Position numbers and translations under genes: made by a program | Notes under the pieces: model-generated | Told to the model about the DNA's origin: nothing | Seen by the model: only the letters and a program-made list of their open reading frames with translations | Database searches by the model: none | In this document: piece after piece, positions 58,359 to 64,000 of the stretch | Layout: every line of letters starts with the position of its first letter | Position numbering within the stretch: the stretch's first letter is position 1 | Source of the DNA: a virus | Length of the DNA stretch: 64,000 nt | Strand: one strand, 5' to 3' | Virus record (IMG/VR): IMGVR_UViG_3300031997_000006 | Span: 1-64,000 of that record

Positions 58359-59240
58359 TCATGTACCTACAGTGTTACCAAATACACTTGCATGAACACG
58401 ATGACAATAGATATATCCTCGCTTAATACATTTTAAAGCAACACCTTTTGCAATGTCTTGTTGCTGCTCCATAGTACACGCCATTGGCATAATATATACT
58501 TTTTGGTTTGCAGAGCTATCATTAGCAGAATATAGTTTCATAACATCAGCAACTTCATCAAAATCTGTATCATTGTCTCCACATACAAACTTAAAATATT
58601 GTATATGTCCCGACACATAACGTTGCATATTAGCAATATTAGGATTAATAGCTACTTCTCGCTTTTCACCACTAACAGACAATTTTGGACTATTACTCCA
58701 AACAATCTTACGGTGTCTACCTCTCATGCTACCATTGTATTCCCATTCATTTAAACTGTCAATGAATGTTTGTTTTAATGGGACAGAACAGTTTGTTTCA
58801 ATAATAACTGTTTCAACTGATACCAATATAGGTTCATTCAATAATTCAATAATTTGCTTTTGTTTAAGAGTTGGTTCTCCTCCTGTTAATGATAATATAA
58901 TGGGAAGTCCTGATCTGGATTTCCAAGAATAATTTGGTAATAAACTTGTTACAACCTCTGCTAACTCTTTAATATCATATCTTTTCCAAAGATGTTTAAA
59001 TCTTTTATCCCAAGAATAAATCGAATCACACCCACGAGTTATAAGAGGAATATCTTCTAATTTTGTATAATCTGCTGGGTCAAAACCAAGTACTTCATTC
59101 GTAATTTCAACCATTTCAGGGTTATTAAACCCCGCACATGTAAAATTGCAACCTGCAAATCTAATGTAAGCTGTTGGATATCCGGCAAACATCGCTTCGC
59201 CTTCTATACTTAAAAAAATTTCACTCACTGGTGCTGTCAT
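58359..59240 (-). CDS. queE: 7-carboxy-7-deazaguanine synthase (radical SAM)
   Basis: EIF.SI.GE, IRF.GCN..C..(insert)..CD, TGGEP, IETN, SPKL, K.V. Confidence 0.9.
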   Translation of the reverse strand: MTAPVSEIFLSIEGEAMFAGYPTAYIRFAGCNFTCAGFNNPEMVEITNEVLGFDPADYTKLEDIPLITRGCDSIYSWDKRFKHLWKRYDIKELAEVVTSLLPNYSWKSRSGLPIILSLTGGEPTLKQKQIIELLNEPILVSVETVIIETNCSVPLKQTFIDSLNEWEYNGSMRGRHRKIVWSNSPKLSVSGEKREVAINPNIANMQRYVSGHIQYFKFVCGDNDTDFDEVADVMKLYSANDSSANQKVYIMPMACTMEQQQDIAKGVALKCIKRGYIYCHRVHASVFGNTVGT

Positions 59241-59241
59241 A

Positions 59242-59490
59242 TTATTTCCTTATATTTGATACTATTGTGCTTATTCTGTCTGCAAGCTTTGGATTTAATT
59301 CATCTCCATCACAATCTCTACGAACACACATATTAAACGCTGACTCTAAAACTTGACAAGCTTCATCAAGAAGTTTATTTTTTTCATAAGTTGCTTCATT
59401 TTCAACTTGCTTTAATACTTGTAATAACGATAAACTGTTAGGTATACCAACTTGTTCCATCAATTGTTTATAACGATTATCAGAAATCAT
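59242..59490 (-). CDS. Hypothetical protein
   Basis: 82 aa, AGGAG SD. Confidence 0.55.
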   Translation of the reverse strand: MISDNRYKQLMEQVGIPNSLSLLQVLKQVENEATYEKNKLLDEACQVLESAFNMCVRRDCDGDELNPKLADRISTIVSNIRK

Positions 59491-59643
59491 ATATTCTCCT
59501 TTTTATGTTGATATAAATTATACTATAAACCACCAAGTTAATCCACTAATATGTTAAATATATTACTCGGATGTAAAAGCATCTGAGTGAGTTGATTGAG
59601 AAATTATAAATATAAATACGTAATATTTATTAAAGGTAATTTC

Positions 59644-60201
59644 ATGTTATTAATAGAACTTGTAGGAATAATAGACGGACAGTCAGCTGTTGCAGCTGCA
59701 AATAGTATTAAACGAGATTGTCAGCGTTTTATTAAAGAATGGGGTAGTATACCCATGCCTGATTGTGCTATATATAGAGGTATGATTAATAGTTGGCCTA
59801 ATATATTATATTATACTAAACCTAATCGAACTCCAGTAGGTATGGATGTAGCTACCCAAAATAAACTCGATGATTTTTTTCAAGAAGAATTTGGTCACAG
59901 GTATAGAAGTGAACATTCATTATTTTGTACTGGTAATCCTGAACATACGAAATTATTTGGAGATGTACATGTAATTTTTCCAATAGGGAAGTATTCATAT
60001 ATATGGTCACCTGAAGTAAATGATATTAATTATACATTATTAAGTCAGTCTACTGATGAAATAATAGCTAATACTCATTTTATTCATAATAAATTACTAA
60101 ATAAAGTGCTAGATCATGAAGTAATGATCAATGTTGAATCATATTACGCAATACCAATAAAAATTTATAAGAGATCTGTATATCCATTGCTCATTAAATA
60201 G
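59644..60201 (+). CDS. Putative ADP-ribosyltransferase-like head protein
   Basis: IYRG, FCT and HEV arrangement resembles the R-S-E ART pattern; late promoters at 59605/59611; likely ATG at 59644. Confidence 0.4.
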   Translation: MLLIELVGIIDGQSAVAAANSIKRDCQRFIKEWGSIPMPDCAIYRGMINSWPNILYYTKPNRTPVGMDVATQNKLDDFFQEEFGHRYRSEHSLFCTGNPEHTKLFGDVHVIFPIGKYSYIWSPEVNDINYTLLSQSTDEIIANTHFIHNKLLNKVLDHEVMINVESYYAIPIKIYKRSVYPLLIK

Positions 60202-60210
60202 GAATATATA

Positions 60211-60300
60211 ATGAAAGTGCAAGCATTATTTGAAATGATGATAAATTTGCGAACACCACAAACTGATGATAAAGTTTTACCGTATGTTGATTTATATTAA
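60211..60300 (+). pseudogene. Truncated gene start (29 aa) abutting the endonuclease
   Basis: AGGA SD, MKVQALFEMMINL...PYVDLY, then stop overlapping the convergent endonuclease 3' end. Confidence 0.4.
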
Positions 60301-61383
60301 TTTATTATAATCAGATTCCCACATAACAACAAGATTATAACCTAAATTTTTAATTTTTTGTTCACGATCAATAGTTTTTTGATATAATTCACCCATTGTC
60401 TTGTATATTAATGTATTATAAAAATCTGAAGTATATATATTGGTATTTCCATGATAATAATCACCATAAAACTCATATATAGTATTTGTTGACTCACAAT
60501 AACCATCAGCTTTATATCTTGTAGTTTTTATTTTGTGTTCTCCTATATTACCCGCATGTTGAATAAATATATTTTCACTTTGCATAATTGATTCAATCCA
60601 ATTAATACTCTTTTGACTGTGTCCCATAGAATTACATTTACTACACCCACTACCATTTAAATGTGAGTTTGGTATTTGTGGAAAATCACCATGTTTATTA
60701 CAATGTAATATAATTTTACTATCACTTTTTACATATACTACTTTTGAATAATCGTATTTGTTATTATGAATTAAATTTGCTTGAACAATAAACTCTTCAG
60801 TCGAACTAACACGACCAGTACATTTAATACATCCAGTACCGCACAAATGATAATGAGGTTTTTGTGGAAATTCACCATGTATTTTACAAAAAATAATTAC
60901 TTCTGTAAGAGCATTGATAAAATCAACTTTTGAGTAATTATATTTATTTCCGTGAACTAATTTAGCTTTTTTAATAAAATCTGAAGTTGATTTAACTTTA
61001 CCTCCACATAATGGACACCCACTACCACTCAAATGTGAATCAGGCTTTTGTGGAAATTCACCGTGTAGTTTACAAATTATTATCACTTCAGTGTTATTTT
61101 TTATATAGTCAACATTTGAATAATCGTATCTTTCACTATGAATTAATTTTGCACTTTTAATAAATTTAACAGTAGTAGATCTACGATTAACTATTCTACA
61201 AAAAGGACACCCATGACCAGTTAAATGATCTTCTGGTTTTTGTGGAAACTCTCCATGCTTATTACAAATAATAATAACTTTAATATTACTTTTTATATAA
61301 TCAACTTTTGAGTAATCATATAAATCACCATGTTTTAACCTTGCTTTTGTTATAAATTCTGGTAATGTAGTTTTTCTTGTCAT
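60292..61383 (-). CDS. Homing endonuclease: four DUF723-like zinc repeats plus Vsr/EDxHD-like nuclease domain
   Basis: Repeats YDYS.V.Y..C..HG.F....HL.G.GC..C; ADGY...EFYGDYYHG...WESD. Confidence 0.8.
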   Translation of the reverse strand: MTRKTTLPEFITKARLKHGDLYDYSKVDYIKSNIKVIIICNKHGEFPQKPEDHLTGHGCPFCRIVNRRSTTVKFIKSAKLIHSERYDYSNVDYIKNNTEVIIICKLHGEFPQKPDSHLSGSGCPLCGGKVKSTSDFIKKAKLVHGNKYNYSKVDFINALTEVIIFCKIHGEFPQKPHYHLCGTGCIKCTGRVSSTEEFIVQANLIHNNKYDYSKVVYVKSDSKIILHCNKHGDFPQIPNSHLNGSGCSKCNSMGHSQKSINWIESIMQSENIFIQHAGNIGEHKIKTTRYKADGYCESTNTIYEFYGDYYHGNTNIYTSDFYNTLIYKTMGELYQKTIDREQKIKNLGYNLVVMWESDYNKLI

Positions 61384-61459
61384 TAAAACGTTCCACCTTT
61401 ATGGTTGTATTATATCATTATAAACTTTTATCAACTCATATATTATATAAATACACGAG

Positions 61460-61500
61460 TTGATTTAATATATTATAAGAGCTATAATATATTAAATCAA
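61460..61500. promoter_or_regulatory. Palindromic bidirectional sigma70 promoter
   Basis: 18-bp perfect arms; TTGATT-17-TATAAT on both strands. Confidence 0.75.
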
Positions 61501-61501
61501 G

Positions 61502-61540
61502 AGAGGTCCATGCTCATCCCTCTATAAATATTCTGTGTTA
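61502..61540 (+). promoter_or_regulatory. preQ1-I-like riboswitch candidate
   Basis: AGAGG-12 nt loop-CCTCT-ATAAA upstream of the queD-like gene. Confidence 0.5.
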
Positions 61541-61572
61541 TTAGTTAACATTAATTATAAGGAAATTTAAAA

Positions 61573-62481
61573 ATGAAAAATAACACAAATAAAACACATT
61601 TACGTGCCTCCATCTTCTTAAGTGATTTAACCGTTGTAGACCACGCTTACATTGATAATAAAGGACGAGTAGTAGGAGGATCATATAATCCTGGATTTAT
61701 AGTAACAGGTGAAGTTTCAGATGATGAAAGTGTTGTTGTAGATTTTTCTACAGTAAAAAAAGATTTAAAAACCCACATGGATAAGCATATATTTGATATT
61801 GACTATAATGGATTTGATCATAAATTATGGATAATTCAAGGTTATTCAAATTGTAAATTTCATGATGATACAATTAATGATGAATGTCGTGTTGAAATTA
61901 TAACTCCAGCATTTATAGGTATATTTCCAAGTGATGCAATCAGGTATATTAAAAACCCATTAGATGCTAAATTTAGTGATGCATTTATGGGCTCACAATT
62001 TGCTATACATTTAACAGATTGTTTAGCAAAATTATATCCTGATGTTAAGATTCAAGTTGAATGCACAAATACAACAAATGTACATTTAATGGACCCGTTT
62101 ATGCCTATTGAAATGTTCAGATATAGCCATGGTTTAAAAGATAGCACTAGTTGGGGATGTCAAAATCTTGCTCATGGACATTTTTCTTATATACAATACT
62201 TTGATAACGAAGAGTGTAAAAAAATAGCACAAGATTTACACAATGCAGTTTTTATTAATGCTGAAAATATTATACATGAAGACAATGATGAAATAACAAT
62301 TGAATATACTACTTCACAGCGTGGATATTTTAGAGGTACATATAATAAACTATTACATAAAATAATAGTATTATCCACTGAAACTACAATTGAATATATT
62401 GGAAATTTTATAAAAGATACATATAATATTTCTAATTTTTATGTAAGTGAAGGACTAAGTAAAGGTACATATATGGGATAA
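61573..62481 (+). CDS. queD: QueD/PTPS-like protein, long two-domain form
   Basis: VVDF..VK, FDHKL, HGL, CQNLAHGH, TTIE; folE and queE in the same window. Confidence 0.7.
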   Translation: MKNNTNKTHLRASIFLSDLTVVDHAYIDNKGRVVGGSYNPGFIVTGEVSDDESVVVDFSTVKKDLKTHMDKHIFDIDYNGFDHKLWIIQGYSNCKFHDDTINDECRVEIITPAFIGIFPSDAIRYIKNPLDAKFSDAFMGSQFAIHLTDCLAKLYPDVKIQVECTNTTNVHLMDPFMPIEMFRYSHGLKDSTSWGCQNLAHGHFSYIQYFDNEECKKIAQDLHNAVFINAENIIHEDNDEITIEYTTSQRGYFRGTYNKLLHKIIVLSTETTIEYIGNFIKDTYNISNFYVSEGLSKGTYMG

Positions 62482-62484
62482 TTT

Positions 62485-63123
62485 ATGAGATATAAACAAT
62501 TATTAGAAAATCCATTATTCGCTCCAATTTCGTCTCGAGATTATTGGGATAGTGATGATTATATTGATATTAGTGATATTAAACATAATTTTACATATTT
62601 ATGTTCTGTAATAGTTAATAATATTGAAGTTAAATTTTTTGAATTAAATAATAAACAACAAATTATTGGTTGTATAAAATCAATTATGCCATATGAAAAT
62701 AATAAACCTGGATATCATATGATATTTATTTTACATGTTAAAAAAACAAATATAAAATTACCAGTGGAATTTAATAATGATAATATTATTCAAACTATAG
62801 ATGTATCTACAGATCGTAAATTTGCCTTCAGAGGATTAACTACGTTTGTATATTTTAATGTCCTTGTTGATAAATTAGGGTACACGGTAGTTTGTGGTGA
62901 TGAACATTTATTTGGAGGTGTTAAACTTTGGCGCAAAATGTCAAGAGTTGCAATGCAGTATAATAAAGTAATATATCTTATAAAAGACGGACAATATGTT
63001 TTAGATAAAAATAATCAACCATTAGTATTTGATGATACTAATTTCCCTAAATCAAAAATTTGGAGCACTCTACCAAATGAAAGTGGTAAAAATGTATTAT
63101 TCGTAATTAAAAATAAAGAATAA
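62485..63123 (+). CDS. Putative head-packaged protein, GNAT-like
   Basis: MRYKQLLENP leader; F.FRGL...VY and D.....GG..LW motifs. Confidence 0.5.
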   Translation: MRYKQLLENPLFAPISSRDYWDSDDYIDISDIKHNFTYLCSVIVNNIEVKFFELNNKQQIIGCIKSIMPYENNKPGYHMIFILHVKKTNIKLPVEFNNDNIIQTIDVSTDRKFAFRGLTTFVYFNVLVDKLGYTVVCGDEHLFGGVKLWRKMSRVAMQYNKVIYLIKDGQYVLDKNNQPLVFDDTNFPKSKIWSTLPNESGKNVLFVIKNKE

Positions 63124-63126
63124 TTC

Positions 63127-63780
63127 ATGTTTAACCATTTTAATATTAACGAAACAGGACGAGATTTTGTAGTAGGAGATATACATGGATGTTTTGACCA
63201 ACTACGAACAGCTTTATTATCAGTTGATTTTTTGTATGATACTGATAGGTTGTTTTGTGTTGGAGATTTAGTCGATCGGGGTCCTAATTCAGAAGAATGT
63301 ATCGAGTGGTTGCAAAAACCTTGGTTTTATTCTATTCGCGGGAACCACGAGCAAATGGCAATCGATTATCTAGCTGGTTCGTATGCTACTAATATCTATC
63401 TCGCTAACGGAGGTGCGTGGTTTATCGGATTAACACACATAGAACAAATTGATATTGTAAATGAGTTTATAGCACTACCAATTGCACTTGATATTCAAAC
63501 TAAAAATGGATTAATAGGGCTTGTACACGCTGAGTGTCCAGTAAATGATTGGACACAATTAGAAATTGAATTTGCTGGAATTAGTTCTAGAATATATATT
63601 GAAATATGCATATGGTATCGAACACGATTTAATTGTAACATTACCAGTCTTGTTGATAATGTTGCTCAAATTTATGTTGGACATACTCCAACACTTGAAC
63701 CTAAGCAACTAGGTAATGTAAATTATATTGACACAGGTGCTGTATTTGGTAATAAATTAACAATTATACAAATTAATTAA
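63127..63780 (+). CDS. Ser/Thr protein phosphatase (NinI/PphA-like metallophosphoesterase)
   Basis: GDIHG, GDLVDRG, RGNHE, GHT, IDTGA. Confidence 0.92.
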   Translation: MFNHFNINETGRDFVVGDIHGCFDQLRTALLSVDFLYDTDRLFCVGDLVDRGPNSEECIEWLQKPWFYSIRGNHEQMAIDYLAGSYATNIYLANGGAWFIGLTHIEQIDIVNEFIALPIALDIQTKNGLIGLVHAECPVNDWTQLEIEFAGISSRIYIEICIWYRTRFNCNITSLVDNVAQIYVGHTPTLEPKQLGNVNYIDTGAVFGNKLTIIQIN

Positions 63781-63792
63781 ACGGTGATTTAT

Positions 63793-63960
63793 ATGTCATA
63801 TTATAAATTTTGGTATAAATTTTCTAAAAAATATGGATTTCGTTGGGTATTATCTCATTTTATTCGAAATTTATATTTTAAATACTATCGTATGCGTGCA
63901 TGGTGTGCATATAAACGATATTGTTATAATCGTAGAATTATCAGATTTTTAAAATTATGA
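63793..63960 (+). CDS. Small basic/aromatic protein (55 aa, not in ORF track)
   Basis: GGTG SD; overlaps the next ATG at 63957. Confidence 0.4.
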   Translation: MSYYKFWYKFSKKYGFRWVLSHFIRNLYFKYYRMRAWCAYKRYCYNRRIIRFLKL

Positions 63961-64000
63961 ATCAGCAAATTGAACAATATATTAACGAAATAGTTGTTGA

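Noticed and set aside
717-62378. Short antisense or nested ORFs in the track (e.g. 8991-9335, 14107-14457, 24154-24501, 47881-48150, 55477-55716)
   Set aside because: They are shadows of long, motif-supported genes and lack SD sequences or recognisable motifs.
1-64000. Stop-codon reassignment
   Set aside because: Coding density is high in the standard code, and TAA, TAG and TGA all end motif-complete genes.

Overview
Very AT-rich fragment of a large T4-like/jumbo myophage genome read in the standard genetic code. No rRNA, tRNA or CRISPR array was seen. It holds (i) tail, baseplate and fibre genes, including a tandemly duplicated gene pair and three mosaic LamG fibres; (ii) a replication/recombination block with gp32-like SSB, UvsX, UvsY, a UvsW-like helicase carrying one cis-intein plus a naturally split intein whose halves flank an HNH gene, an intein-containing clamp loader, a GroES-like protein and two separated mini-DnaE fragments; (iii) scattered 7-deazaguanine genes (folE, queE, queD-like), two of them with riboswitch-like leaders; (iv) accessory genes for an RNA ligase, a SLOG protein, a kinase, a phosphatase, RlpA and many small proteins with head-protein-like N-termini; (v) mobile elements: a TnpB-only IS that may be nuclease-dead and three free-standing homing endonucleases. 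The best leads are a Pol-beta nucleotidyltransferase gene fractured by an endonuclease with no intein or intron but with extra helical tails on both halves, the split-intein helicase, and a preQ1-I-like aptamer behind a perfectly palindromic bidirectional promoter. All calls come from motif reading by eye; no searches or folding computations were run.
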